Part shown: in pieces, positions 44,311 through 54,239 of the stretch | Numbering within the stretch: the first letter of the stretch is position 1 | How the letters are laid out: every line of letters starts with the position of its first letter | Source: Christensenella sp. UBA7588 | GTDB taxonomy: Bacteria > Bacillota > Clostridia > Christensenellales > CAG-917 | Direction: 5' to 3' | Assembly (NCBI GenBank): GCA_002478945.1 | Contig: DLKM01000020.1 | Location: 16,335-80,334, forward strand | Length of the DNA stretch: 64,000 nucleotides | Made by a program: the position numbers and the translations under genes | The notes under the pieces: model-generated | The model's input: only the letters and a program-made list of their open reading frames with translations | Told to the model about the DNA's origin: nothing | Database searches by the model: none

Positions 44311-45939
44311 TCAATACCCTGTTGTCATACAATCGCGATAAACGTTTGCGACAACGGTTTTTCCTTTGTACTTATCATCGCAACCACGACCGTACACGTC
44401 AAGATTGATTTCTTCTTCGAGTTCATCTATTTTGTCGACTGTACCATTTGTCCAATCTTGCAACATTTCTCTGCAATCTTTGACTCTTCTAATAAGTCCG
44501 CCTATTCTTGCCGCTTGCACTTCAAATCCAAAGCCTTTGTTTTCCGTATACCATTGTTTCTTGAAACTTTGATAAAACGACTCCAAATATTTGATTTGTT
44601 TCGTATAGTCGGCAACGATTTTTGTCATTGCGTCTTTGTCGGCACTCTTATAGGCATTGCGCGTTCTTACACCTATCTCGTATTTTAGGCTCAATACTTT
44701 GCATAGTTTTGCGGCGGTATCAAATACATACCCAAATCTTTCGTTGTTTGCCAAAGCGCCGAGTTTTTTGCTATAAGCAGAATACTTCTTTCTTGCTTGT
44801 GCTTTTTCGTCAACGGTATAGTCGTAAATACCCAAGAAACAGTCATTGTAGATCATATACTTCGACGGATTGTAAACGTCAGGCTCTTGTTCGTCTATCA
44901 TATTCGGCAAATCTATTGACAAAAACTCGTCAAAACCTACGCCGAATTTATCCTTGAACTTGCGTGCAATATCTTCTTCGTCGCAATTGCCCTTTGCCAT
45001 TTCTGCAAAATGGAATATTGTCGGCAACAACGCCAGTTTTGAACATTCTTCACCATCATCTCCCCAAAATGTCAGCATATAATTCTTGACACCGTTTTGT
45101 TTCATAACAGGGAACGCCGCCTTTTGTCCCAACAGACTATAATCGTTTCTCGGAATAAATCCTAACCAAGACCAACACGCCCCTGCCCAAGTCACGTCTT
45201 TTTCACCCAGAAGGTTATGCGCGTCGAGCATACTTTGATAGATTTCTCTATCTCTTTGGTTGTAATCCCAATAGATCAAGTTTACATTTTCGGGAACAAG
45301 ATTCTTTGCATCGTCCGAAACCTTTGGATTAAGAACGGGATACTGACCGTCGTTGTCGAATTTTATAAACATATCCGACCACATACGCGCCTTAAATCCG
45401 TATTTTTCGGCAATTTCAAGAACCTTATTCAGATGGCGAAAGAAAATATCTTTGGGATTTTCATATCCAAAGTCTTTGAGATGTCTGCCAAGTCCAAGGC
45501 AATGTGCTTCGTCCATTCCCAAATTGACTTTTCTTGACGTAAAGCATTGCGCAATTTCGCAAAACTCTTTCTCGATAAACTTATACGTTTCTTCGTTGTC
45601 CGCAAGCAAAACGTTGCCGCAATCGAGAACGGTAGAATTGAATCTTTGCCAACGGAAAATCCTATCAAGGTGTGCAAGCGTTTGAATACAAGGGACAAGT
45701 TCCATTCCCTTTTCAATGCAATACTTGTCTATTTCCTTGATTTCATCTCTCGAAAAACCACCGCGTAAGTAACCGAAATACGGTTCGCTTTCGATTTTAT
45801 AAGTGTCTTCGGTATAGAGTTGCAATTCGGTGTATCCTATATCCGCCAATATATCGATGAACCGTTTAAGGAACGCCATATTAGGCACGGCGTTTCTTGA
45901 ACAATCAAGCATAAATGAAAGCGTCTTGTATTCAGCCAT
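44311..45939 (-). CDS. glycoside hydrolase family 20-like beta-N-acetylhexosaminidase
   Basis: FMLDCSRNAV...GYTELQLYTEDTY...VPCIQTLAHL follows the GH20 TIM-barrel pattern. ATG at 45939 with an AAGGAG RBS (the track's GTG is at 45945). Confidence 0.65.
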   Translation of the reverse strand: MAEYKTLSFMLDCSRNAVPNMAFLKRFIDILADIGYTELQLYTEDTYKIESEPYFGYLRGGFSRDEIKEIDKYCIEKGMELVPCIQTLAHLDRIFRWQRFNSTVLDCGNVLLADNEETYKFIEKEFCEIAQCFTSRKVNLGMDEAHCLGLGRHLKDFGYENPKDIFFRHLNKVLEIAEKYGFKARMWSDMFIKFDNDGQYPVLNPKVSDDAKNLVPENVNLIYWDYNQRDREIYQSMLDAHNLLGEKDVTWAGACWSWLGFIPRNDYSLLGQKAAFPVMKQNGVKNYMLTFWGDDGEECSKLALLPTIFHFAEMAKGNCDEEDIARKFKDKFGVGFDEFLSIDLPNMIDEQEPDVYNPSKYMIYNDCFLGIYDYTVDEKAQARKKYSAYSKKLGALANNERFGYVFDTAAKLCKVLSLKYEIGVRTRNAYKSADKDAMTKIVADYTKQIKYLESFYQSFKKQWYTENKGFGFEVQAARIGGLIRRVKDCREMLQDWTNGTVDKIDELEEEINLDVYGRGCDDKYKGKTVVANVYRDCMTTGY

Positions 45940-45974
45940 AAACACTCCTTGTGATTACAGTTTTTATCTTAATT

Positions 45975-46739
45975 CTACACTGCCGATGCGCTTATGCTAT
46001 CCATCACGGATGCGCTTGAAAGCAATTGCGCCGCCGCTTTATCGACAACGAGAACTGCGTTCGGATGCTTTTGAAGTATGCTTGCAGGGCAACTCTCGCC
46101 AATCTTCTTTTCGACGGTCTTGTACACGGCAAGCGCCTTGTTGCTTCCCGACGCAAGTATAACGATTTTCTTTGCTTGCATAATGTCCGCAATGCCCATA
46201 GAAATCGCACGAGTAGGCACTTGCGAGATGTCGTCGAAAAGTCTTGAATTGTCCTTTATCGTATTTTCTGTCAAGTTGACGATATGAGTGTGACTGTCGA
46301 ACGGCGTTCCCGGCTCATTGAAAGCAATATGTCCGTTGCTTCCAAGTCCCAAAAGTTGAACGTCTTGGCGCAACTCTTTTACGAGATTGGTGTATCTTTC
46401 GCACTCTTTGTCAAAATCCGTTGCTTTTCCGTCGGGAAGATGCGTGTTGTTTTTGTCAATATCGATTTTATCAAAGAGATTGTGGTTCATAAACCAAACG
46501 TAACTTTGGTCACTCTCTTCACCGAGTCCGACGTATTCGTCCAAATTGACCGTTTTAACGTCTTTGAACGACAACTCGCCCTTATGGCAAGCATCTGCAA
46601 GTCTTGCGTATGTACCGAGCGGAGTTGTTCCAGTTGCGAGTCCCAAAACCGCATTAGGTTTGTTCTTCACCACTTCGGCAAGCAACTCTGCGCCGACTTT
46701 GCTCATTTCTTCATAATTTTCAACAACAATAATTTCCAT
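45975..46739 (-). CDS. nagB: glucosamine-6-phosphate deaminase
   Basis: LGLATGTTP, LDEYVGL and LGLGSNGHIAFNEPG motifs. Confidence 0.9.
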   Translation of the reverse strand: MEIIVVENYEEMSKVGAELLAEVVKNKPNAVLGLATGTTPLGTYARLADACHKGELSFKDVKTVNLDEYVGLGEESDQSYVWFMNHNLFDKIDIDKNNTHLPDGKATDFDKECERYTNLVKELRQDVQLLGLGSNGHIAFNEPGTPFDSHTHIVNLTENTIKDNSRLFDDISQVPTRAISMGIADIMQAKKIVILASGSNKALAVYKTVEKKIGESCPASILQKHPNAVLVVDKAAAQLLSSASVMDSISASAV

Positions 46740-46790
46740 TTGTTTCTCTTTCCGTTTGTCTTGTCGACCAACCTATCGGTTGTGGGATTG

Positions 46791-47864
46791 TCAGTCTTGT
46801 TTGCTCGGCAAGCACTCAACAAGCACTGCTTTCGTATCGGATACGATGCTATATTTGCCTTCCGCAACATAAGGAAGATAAAAATAATCACCGCGTTTTA
46901 TATCTCTCTTGTAATTTTCGCCGACGATTTGCGCATTGCCTTCAAGGCAGATATACACTGCCGGCGCGTAACTCATAACGAAACTTCCGCCGTCCTGAAC
47001 GGTATGGCGCACTTCCGCAAAGCAAGGCGTATCGTCATAGCCGATAAGCACTTCTTTTTTGTATTTGTCCGTATCGACGACGGTCTTCGGCGATACTTTT
47101 GCGTATGCCTTTGCCGCGTCGCCGTATATGTCGTAATTGATTGCGTCGAGTGCGACGTCCTTATCGAGTCCGATGTATTCTTCGTTGTAACTGATGTGAT
47201 AATCACCGCACCAACGTTCGGGTTGAATGGTGAAATCCGTCGGCTCTTGCACTTCTATAATCGTGCAACCTGCGCCTATTGCGTGGATAAGTCCCGCGCG
47301 GATAAGCCACAAATCGCCCACTTGCACTTCTACACCCGCAAGAAGGTTGCCCATTATGTCTTTTTCCACTTCACTGCGTTCTTCGAGCGCGGACAATTCT
47401 TCTTTCGTGATTTTGTCTTTGAATCCGAAATAGAGTTTCGCGCCCGGACGAGTTGCAATCACGAGCCACGCTTCCGTCTTTCCATATTCCGAGTTGAAAT
47501 ATTTTCTCGAAAAGTCTTTCGTCGGGTGTACTTGGAACGGCAATCTCGTTGCGCTGTCCAAAAACTTGACGAGACAATCGTATTTACGGTCGCCCAAAAG
47601 TTCTTCTTTATGTTCGTTGAGCAAATCGTCAAAGAACAAATCCGTGCCTTTTACGACGGATACGCCGTCACGCTTTCCAAAATACTTTGGATTGATTGCT
47701 CTTACCTTGCTTGCAACCCATTCTTCGGGGAACATATTGTCCGTTCCATCATCGAAACCGTCCGCAAAAATCTCTTTGAACGGTTTGCCCCCGTGATAGA
47801 TACGATACACTCTGTTGCGTTCAAAAAATATAGGTTGCGACACTATGCTTTTAATATCGTTCAT
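46791..47864 (-). CDS. class I mannose-6-phosphate isomerase-like cupin
   Basis: LPFQVHP and GKTEAWLV metal-site motifs. ATGA overlap with the upstream kinase gene. Confidence 0.7.
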   Translation of the reverse strand: MNDIKSIVSQPIFFERNRVYRIYHGGKPFKEIFADGFDDGTDNMFPEEWVASKVRAINPKYFGKRDGVSVVKGTDLFFDDLLNEHKEELLGDRKYDCLVKFLDSATRLPFQVHPTKDFSRKYFNSEYGKTEAWLVIATRPGAKLYFGFKDKITKEELSALEERSEVEKDIMGNLLAGVEVQVGDLWLIRAGLIHAIGAGCTIIEVQEPTDFTIQPERWCGDYHISYNEEYIGLDKDVALDAINYDIYGDAAKAYAKVSPKTVVDTDKYKKEVLIGYDDTPCFAEVRHTVQDGGSFVMSYAPAVYICLEGNAQIVGENYKRDIKRGDYFYLPYVAEGKYSIVSDTKAVLVECLPSKQD

Positions 47865-48745
47865 AATTGTATTGCTCCGTAAAATTCTGTGGCTTTTGCG
47901 CCCTTGACATTGCCTTTCATTGCAGCATTATCAAGATTTTCTTTTGTCATTTCTTTGCCTTCTATTGCCGCAAGGAATGCGCCGAAAAACGCGTCCCCTG
48001 CACCTGTTGTATCCACGCATTTGCAACCGCTTATGCTCGGCACAACGCCTTTGATACCGTTGTAATAATACGCGCTACCGTCTTTTCCGAGAGTTACGAG
48101 CAACAATCTGTCTTTAACGTACAACGATTCTGCCGCCTTGTCCATATCTTGTATGCCCGTGTAATCGGCAAGTTCGTCTTCGGAAAACTTGATTATGTCC
48201 GCACACTCGACAAACGGCGCATACGCCTTTTTAGCGTCCTCGAAATCGCGATAAATATCTTTGCGGAAATTCATATCAAAACTGAGTTTTGCGTCTAAAT
48301 CTTTGGCTTTTTTCGCAACCTTTTTGGCAAACTTTCTGCCCGTTTCTTCCGAAAGCATAAGCGAGCCGAGATGCAAAATACTCAAATCTTCGTATTTATC
48401 GAAGTCTATTTCGTCCAAGTCGATATTGAAGTCTGCCGTATCGTGACGATTGAACGCAAAATCGCGCTCGCCGTCCGTAAGCGTAACGAAAGCAATCGTC
48501 GTATTGCGCTCATCGTCCGTTTGAATGTCAAGATAATCCAAATTCGCCTTTTGTGCTTCCGCAGTAACGAAACGCCCGATAACGTCGTTTCCCACGCGTC
48601 CGACAAAACCGACTTTTGCCCCGCTTTGCTTTGCGTTGACTGCGAGATTGAACGGCGCACCGCCACAAAACGCTTTGAATGTGGTTACACCGTCCGTTTT
48701 TTCGCCAATCATATCGGCAAGTATTTCTCCGATAGACAAAATCAT
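47861..48745 (-). CDS. PfkB-family carbohydrate kinase (fructokinase-like)
   Basis: MILSIGEILADMIG start (ATG at 48745, AAGGAG RBS) and the DTTGAGDAFFGAFL motif. Confidence 0.8.
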   Translation of the reverse strand: MILSIGEILADMIGEKTDGVTTFKAFCGGAPFNLAVNAKQSGAKVGFVGRVGNDVIGRFVTAEAQKANLDYLDIQTDDERNTTIAFVTLTDGERDFAFNRHDTADFNIDLDEIDFDKYEDLSILHLGSLMLSEETGRKFAKKVAKKAKDLDAKLSFDMNFRKDIYRDFEDAKKAYAPFVECADIIKFSEDELADYTGIQDMDKAAESLYVKDRLLLVTLGKDGSAYYYNGIKGVVPSISGCKCVDTTGAGDAFFGAFLAAIEGKEMTKENLDNAAMKGNVKGAKATEFYGAIQL

Positions 48746-48755
48746 AAGCCGCTCC

Positions 48756-50726
48756 TTAGAACAATTTGATTTGTTCCTTGGTGTTGATAACACCACACTC
48801 GTCGGTATCGAGTTGTAATTTTACGTTTTCTGCATCGAAATCCTTGTCCACGCAGACAATAACTCTTTCGACTTTCTCTTCTTTTGCTTCTTTCGCTTTC
48901 TTTTTGCCGACAACTTCTTCCGTTTCGGTTTTTTCTTCACCGATTTCACATTCGATGAACTTTTCATTGCCGTAATCGAAGCGACCTACGACCTTTGCGA
49001 AAATTCCTTCGTCAGCAACGTGAATTTGATACGGATTGAACGTGAATGACAAGTGTTTGCCGAAAATTGATCTGCTTGCGGTCGTGATAATACGAATTGC
49101 TTCTTCTTTCTTGCAGATATAACTGACACCTGCAATGACGAACTCGCAATAGATTTCTTTTCTCTTCTTCGTAACGCCCTTATCGTCGGTGTACTCTTTC
49201 TGAATGTCGTGTTTGACCATTTTACCCGAAAGAGAATTTTCCATATCGAGCGGTTTGACTATTTCGTTTTCGCCTTGATAGAACGAGCAGTATTTCAAAT
49301 CAACGGATACGTTTAATTTCGCACCGTCTTCATACTCGTTTTCTCCGCAAGAAACGAACAATGGGAATCCGACGGAATTCAATTGTGCAATATGTTTGCC
49401 GTCTATGTTTTCCGTCTTAACGACAGTTGCTTCGATGTCACCTTCAAAGCCGATTGCTTCGGAAGGTATGCGCATTGCATATTCACCGTCTTCAAGAGAA
49501 ATTGCGGGCGGCAATTCTCTCGTCGTTCCAAGGAAACCGACTTTGCCGTTTTCGACTTTTGCATCGACGAACATATATGTCGGCACTCTCGGTGAAACGG
49601 TTCCTTCCGTTTCTGCGTCGAACAAATGAATGTGGCGCATATCGAGCGATACGTCAATGACTTCGTCAACACTCCATTGATATTGAGTCGGGGCTTTGAT
49701 GATAACCTTTGTTGCACTATCTGAAATCGTATCTTCGGAATTGAGATTGAAATCCGCATAAACTTGGCTGTCAACGCCGAGTTCTTCAACGTGCGAGATA
49801 CGGCACTTTGCTTGATACGGATATTTGTTCGGATCTACGGAAATATGCTCCGCACGAATACCGAGAACGACTTTCTTTTCGCCCGTAAGGTAAGTTCTGT
49901 CCGCTTTTGCAAAGAGAGAATACGGAACATCGAATACGCAGTCAGTTCCCGTAATAGCAACCTTGACCGTATCGCCTTCGAGTTTGAGCGTCGATTCAAA
50001 GAAGTTCATTTGCGGTGTGCCGATAAATCCTGCGACAAACTTGTTGCACGGATAATTGTAAAGGTTTCTCGGAGTGTCGATTTGTTGTACGAAACCGTCT
50101 TTCATAACGACGATTCTCGTACCCATAGTCATTGCTTCGACTTGGTCGTGCGTGACGTAAATAAACGTCGTTTGCAATTTATGATGCAATTTGGAGATCT
50201 CGGAACGCATAGTCGCTCTGAGTTTCGCGTCAAGGTTTGAAAGCGGTTCGTCAAGAAGGAACACTTTCGGTTCACGTACGATTGCGCGTCCGAGTGCGAC
50301 ACGTTGACGTTGACCGCCCGACATTGCTTTCGGCTTTCTGTTGAGATATTCTGTGATGCCGAGAATATTTGCAGCTTCTCTAACTCTGCGGTCAATCTCG
50401 TCTTTGGGCATCTTGCGAAGTTTCAAACCGAATGCCATATTGTTGTAAACCGTCATGTGCGGATAAAGTGCATAGTTTTGGAAAACCATAGCAATATCTC
50501 TGTCTTTCGGCTCCATATCGTTCACGACGATATCCCCGATTTTGAGTTCGCCGGAAGTTATCTCTTCAAGACCTGCAATCATTCTCAAAGTCGTTGATTT
50601 TCCGCAGCCGGAAGGGCCGACGAAAACGATAAACTCTTTGTCCTTGATTTCCATAGTGAAATCGTTGACTGCTTTTACGCCGTTCGGATAAACCTTATAA
50701 ATGTGATTTAATGTAAGACTTGCCAT
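48756..50726 (-). CDS. MsmK/UgpC-type sugar ABC transporter ATPase with ~290-aa C-terminal extension
   Basis: [23 protein letters not shown] and [15 protein letters not shown] motifs. 656 aa, against a usual length of about 370. No adjacent permease genes. Confidence 0.8.
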   Translation of the reverse strand: MASLTLNHIYKVYPNGVKAVNDFTMEIKDKEFIVFVGPSGCGKSTTLRMIAGLEEITSGELKIGDIVVNDMEPKDRDIAMVFQNYALYPHMTVYNNMAFGLKLRKMPKDEIDRRVREAANILGITEYLNRKPKAMSGGQRQRVALGRAIVREPKVFLLDEPLSNLDAKLRATMRSEISKLHHKLQTTFIYVTHDQVEAMTMGTRIVVMKDGFVQQIDTPRNLYNYPCNKFVAGFIGTPQMNFFESTLKLEGDTVKVAITGTDCVFDVPYSLFAKADRTYLTGEKKVVLGIRAEHISVDPNKYPYQAKCRISHVEELGVDSQVYADFNLNSEDTISDSATKVIIKAPTQYQWSVDEVIDVSLDMRHIHLFDAETEGTVSPRVPTYMFVDAKVENGKVGFLGTTRELPPAISLEDGEYAMRIPSEAIGFEGDIEATVVKTENIDGKHIAQLNSVGFPLFVSCGENEYEDGAKLNVSVDLKYCSFYQGENEIVKPLDMENSLSGKMVKHDIQKEYTDDKGVTKKRKEIYCEFVIAGVSYICKKEEAIRIITTASRSIFGKHLSFTFNPYQIHVADEGIFAKVVGRFDYGNEKFIECEIGEEKTETEEVVGKKKAKEAKEEKVERVIVCVDKDFDAENVKLQLDTDECGVINTKEQIKLF

Positions 50727-50773
50727 AATTCTCCTTTGTTGCTATATGGTGCTAACTTTTGTGTTTTTTTATT

Positions 50774-53700
50774 TTACCACACGAAATCGCTTATCGTGTT
50801 GCCTTCATTGATATATACTCCGCCCAAAGAACCAAACAACGTTGTAAACTCCGTGCGATAGTTCGAGTTTTGTTTTGCCAACATAAACAGCGGAATGAGT
50901 TTCAATTGTGATACTCTGTTTGCACAATCTTGCGATGACGCGCTTGCCGCTTGTTCAAGCAACTCTATTTGCGCAAGATAGAAACTATCTGAAATCTTAT
51001 TCTTCTCATACACGTTGACAAAGCCGTTGCTGCCGGTACCCGAAGTCGAGTATCTTCTCGCATACTCTGCGTCGAAGTTATCGTAATACCGTTTGACGTT
51101 TTCGTATGCGTTTTCGCCGTAATAATACTTCAAAAACTCGTTGCGCAGTTTCGTAACGTCCGCATCGGGATTCCAACAAAGTTTCGAGAAAACGTACGCT
51201 TCGAGATACTGGTCTACGTGGATTTTCTCATTGAACACGCCTTGTATGAACGCATAATCCACACCGCTGTTATTCAATAGCGTAAGGTTGCGCTTCATAT
51301 TCGTCAAAGCACCCGTATAAGCAAAGTAGTTGCCGAAATCGGGCGAATAAGTCCACGAGAAAAGATTTGACGTCACTTTTGCCCAATCGGAGTATATCGT
51401 TGATGCCGAAACGTGTCCGAGCGTTGTGTTGCTATCATAAGTTCTTCCGTTTTCGCGTTGCAAAAGCGGTTGATTTTCGTCATCGAGCGCAAGATAGCGG
51501 TCAACTACGATAGGTGCTATTCTCACCCACAAATGCTCACTGTTTGGTATGCACGTCGAATCGATTTTGCCGTCGATAACCGGAGCAATCAGGTTGTACT
51601 GATATGCAAACATAACGAGTCTGTAATTCTTGTTTTGCACCTTTGCGTTTCCGCAGTTTTCCAACTCGTTGATGATTGCGTTCCAGAAACGGATTGTTAT
51701 TCCGCTTCTATTATACAACTTCGTTGCCGCAGTGCAATCAGCACACTGACAACGCTCGTTCGTGTCCGCTTGTCCGACAGAAAGCCAAAAATCATCCTTA
51801 TCGGTGTTTGCAAGCAAGTCATACAACGCTTTATACATTGCTTCCGCAGCAGTATCGATTGCGCTTGTCGACCGGTCGATAGTTCCTTCCGACGTAATGC
51901 CGTCCGTATAGCAAACGTCTATAATATTGCCGTTGAACTTAAAGAACATCGTATCTTCGTATGTCGAATAGTCCGACGGATTGACAAAGGCGAGCGTATT
52001 GTGTGCCGTGCCAATGCCTTTTTCGGAATCGGTGTACCACTCGAAACCGCCAATGTTGTTGTTTCCGCTCGTAACGTAATCGCCGTTGAAACGCATATGT
52101 TGGGAATATTTGATATTCGCGCTTGTGGACGGATAGAAAGTAGACGTGTTGAGATATTGTCTGTATTCAAATTGCGGTGCAAACGTATTGCATTGCGCCG
52201 TCATATTTGCGGAAGATATTTGCGGAACGTACGTGTAATCTGCCGTAAGGAAACGCACGCCGAGATTGTCTTCGACAAACTGGTCTGCCGCATACAAAAT
52301 TCCGTTTGGGTTGTTTGCAATAAGACAAATAACATATCTGTCGGACGCTATCGCAAACGAGTCAGAAACGACAACCGCACTTGAAATAAGTTGTTCGGAA
52401 TTGACGGTGTTTCCGTTCCATTTGAAGTGTTCAAGACCGTTGAATACGGAAGTTTTGCCGACAGAGATGATTTTTGACGTTGCGTAATCGAATCCCGTAT
52501 AGTTGACTTCGCAAACCGCGCTTATATTTACACCAACCGTTTGCTTGATATATGTTTTGATAGATTCCGCAGCACTCTTTGCATACTCGTCGTTTTGATA
52601 GACGATTGTGTATCCGCCGCTTGCCAAATCGAACAAATTTGCACCTATTTCAAAGTTGCCGAGCCATTGCGCCTTAAATTCAACGTCTTTCGTCACGACG
52701 TAAGAATCGCCGGGTTGATAAACGTTTTTGCCGTCAGACCAACCGGCAAAGAAACCTTCCACGTTTGTAAAAGTGTTTTCGGGCAAAGTAATCCTTCCGT
52801 TTTTGCTTTGACTGATTGTCGAAGGTGCTTGCCCTTCACCGCCGTTTGCATCAAACGTCACGTCGAACAAAAGGCTGAACTTTGCATACACTTCAATATT
52901 TTGCGCTTTGGTCGTATCGATTGTTTCAATCGGATAGTAGAACGTAGCGTCCGAATACCAACCTGCGAAATTGTATCCGCTCTTTGTCGCGGCGAGAAGC
53001 GTGATGTTGTCGTCCGTTATTTTGTAACTCGCGGGATTGCCTTGATTGTTTACACCACCGTCAAGATGATAAGTTATCGTATAATCCACGGCTTGCCATT
53101 GTGCCGTAAAAGTTGTCGATGACGTGAGAGTGTAACTTGCACCCGCTTGATAAGTATCTGAACCGTCGTACCAACCGACGAAATTGTATCCTTTTTTAGT
53201 AAAACCGTTTTCGGGCAACGTGATTTGCGTTCCGTTTTCCAAAACGATGTCGCTCATCGAGCCTGTTGCGCCTTGACCGCCGTCAAACGATGCAATCGGA
53301 TAGTCGATGAACTTTGCGTATAAAGTGATGTTGCCAACCGAGCCTTTGGCAATAAGCGCGATTCTTTCGGTAAAATCCGCGTCCTTATACCAACCGTCGA
53401 ATTTGGCGTTGGCTTTGCTCGGATAATTCAATATAATCGCATTGCTGTCCACATAGTAAGTATCGGGATTTGAAGAATCGTTTGTTCCACTATTCAACAC
53501 GTATATGATTGAGTAAGCGATTTTTGTCCAAGTTGCCGTAAACGTGACGTCGTTTTGCGGTGCGGATATACTCTCCCCCGCTTTTTTCACGCCGTTTGGC
53601 GTCTGCCAACCGTCAAACGAATAACCTTTTCTTTCCGAAATAGAAGGCAAAATCACGGTGTTTCCGCTGACTTTTCTCGTAAATGACGGGATTTCGCAAC

Positions 53701-54103
53701 CCGACTCGAATGTTATCGTAATATCTTGTTTAGTCTGTGCGTTGACGTTTACAACAAGAACTGCCGTTGCGTTCTGATATTTTGCAACGAGCGTCGTTGT
53801 GCCTTGCTTGAGTGCAACAAGTTTTCCTTCACTATTGAGTATCACAACGTCTTCTTCGGATATGGAATAGGTACATTGCGCATCGATTGCGGACGACACT
53901 CCGTCAACGGACTTGAAAACGTATATGGCAGGAAGGTCTATTCTGTCCCCCACCGTAAATGTAATCTCGGTTTCTGCAAACTGAACGGAATAAGACACGA
54001 CGGGTTGCGGTTTCGTGTTCCCTGAAAAATCGCAAGCGACAAAAGCCGCACAAATTGCAACCAAAATCAGAGTTATAAGTAATGTTTTCGTCAGTTTTTT
54101 CAT
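50774..54103 (-). CDS. large surface lipoprotein: Ig-like plus Listeria-Bacteroides repeats plus DUF4838-like C-terminal domain
   Basis: Lipobox AAFVAC. At least 4 repeats of the GY.F.GW...FTA.W type (e.g. KGYSFDGWQTPNG...FTATW, KGYNFVGWYDG...FTAQW). The C-terminal half has CQCADC and is DUF4838-like from memory. Confidence 0.65.
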   Translation of the reverse strand: MKKLTKTLLITLILVAICAAFVACDFSGNTKPQPVVSYSVQFAETEITFTVGDRIDLPAIYVFKSVDGVSSAIDAQCTYSISEEDVVILNSEGKLVALKQGTTTLVAKYQNATAVLVVNVNAQTKQDITITFESGCEIPSFTRKVSGNTVILPSISERKGYSFDGWQTPNGVKKAGESISAPQNDVTFTATWTKIAYSIIYVLNSGTNDSSNPDTYYVDSNAIILNYPSKANAKFDGWYKDADFTERIALIAKGSVGNITLYAKFIDYPIASFDGGQGATGSMSDIVLENGTQITLPENGFTKKGYNFVGWYDGSDTYQAGASYTLTSSTTFTAQWQAVDYTITYHLDGGVNNQGNPASYKITDDNITLLAATKSGYNFAGWYSDATFYYPIETIDTTKAQNIEVYAKFSLLFDVTFDANGGEGQAPSTISQSKNGRITLPENTFTNVEGFFAGWSDGKNVYQPGDSYVVTKDVEFKAQWLGNFEIGANLFDLASGGYTIVYQNDEYAKSAAESIKTYIKQTVGVNISAVCEVNYTGFDYATSKIISVGKTSVFNGLEHFKWNGNTVNSEQLISSAVVVSDSFAIASDRYVICLIANNPNGILYAADQFVEDNLGVRFLTADYTYVPQISSANMTAQCNTFAPQFEYRQYLNTSTFYPSTSANIKYSQHMRFNGDYVTSGNNNIGGFEWYTDSEKGIGTAHNTLAFVNPSDYSTYEDTMFFKFNGNIIDVCYTDGITSEGTIDRSTSAIDTAAEAMYKALYDLLANTDKDDFWLSVGQADTNERCQCADCTAATKLYNRSGITIRFWNAIINELENCGNAKVQNKNYRLVMFAYQYNLIAPVIDGKIDSTCIPNSEHLWVRIAPIVVDRYLALDDENQPLLQRENGRTYDSNTTLGHVSASTIYSDWAKVTSNLFSWTYSPDFGNYFAYTGALTNMKRNLTLLNNSGVDYAFIQGVFNEKIHVDQYLEAYVFSKLCWNPDADVTKLRNEFLKYYYGENAYENVKRYYDNFDAEYARRYSTSGTGSNGFVNVYEKNKISDSFYLAQIELLEQAASASSQDCANRVSQLKLIPLFMLAKQNSNYRTEFTTLFGSLGGVYINEGNTISDFVW

Positions 54104-54239
54104 TTTGCTACCGAGTGTAGATTTGCTTGCTTATTAAAGCAAAGCAACCATATTTATTTAAGGTTTTTCCCGTCGGCAATTAAGCCGACGGGAAATTAAT
54201 GCCACCTTATAGCATTATAATTTTTTCAGGAGATAATTA

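Noticed and set aside
46284-47882. 532-aa plus-strand ORF spanning the nagB/PMI region. Similar long antisense ORFs occur at 20875-21933, 16944-17930, 11945-12697 and 51413-52384.
   Set aside because: All lie opposite well-supported genes. They cross intergenic gaps and gene boundaries of the real genes, lack SD sequences and have implausible composition.
54166-54193. TTCCCGTCGGC-aattaa-GCCGACGGGAA hairpin between the two giant lipoprotein genes, considered as a terminator
   Set aside because: On the transcribed (minus) strand the U-run precedes the stem rather than following it, so it is not a canonical intrinsic terminator. It may be an mRNA-stabilising or processing hairpin.
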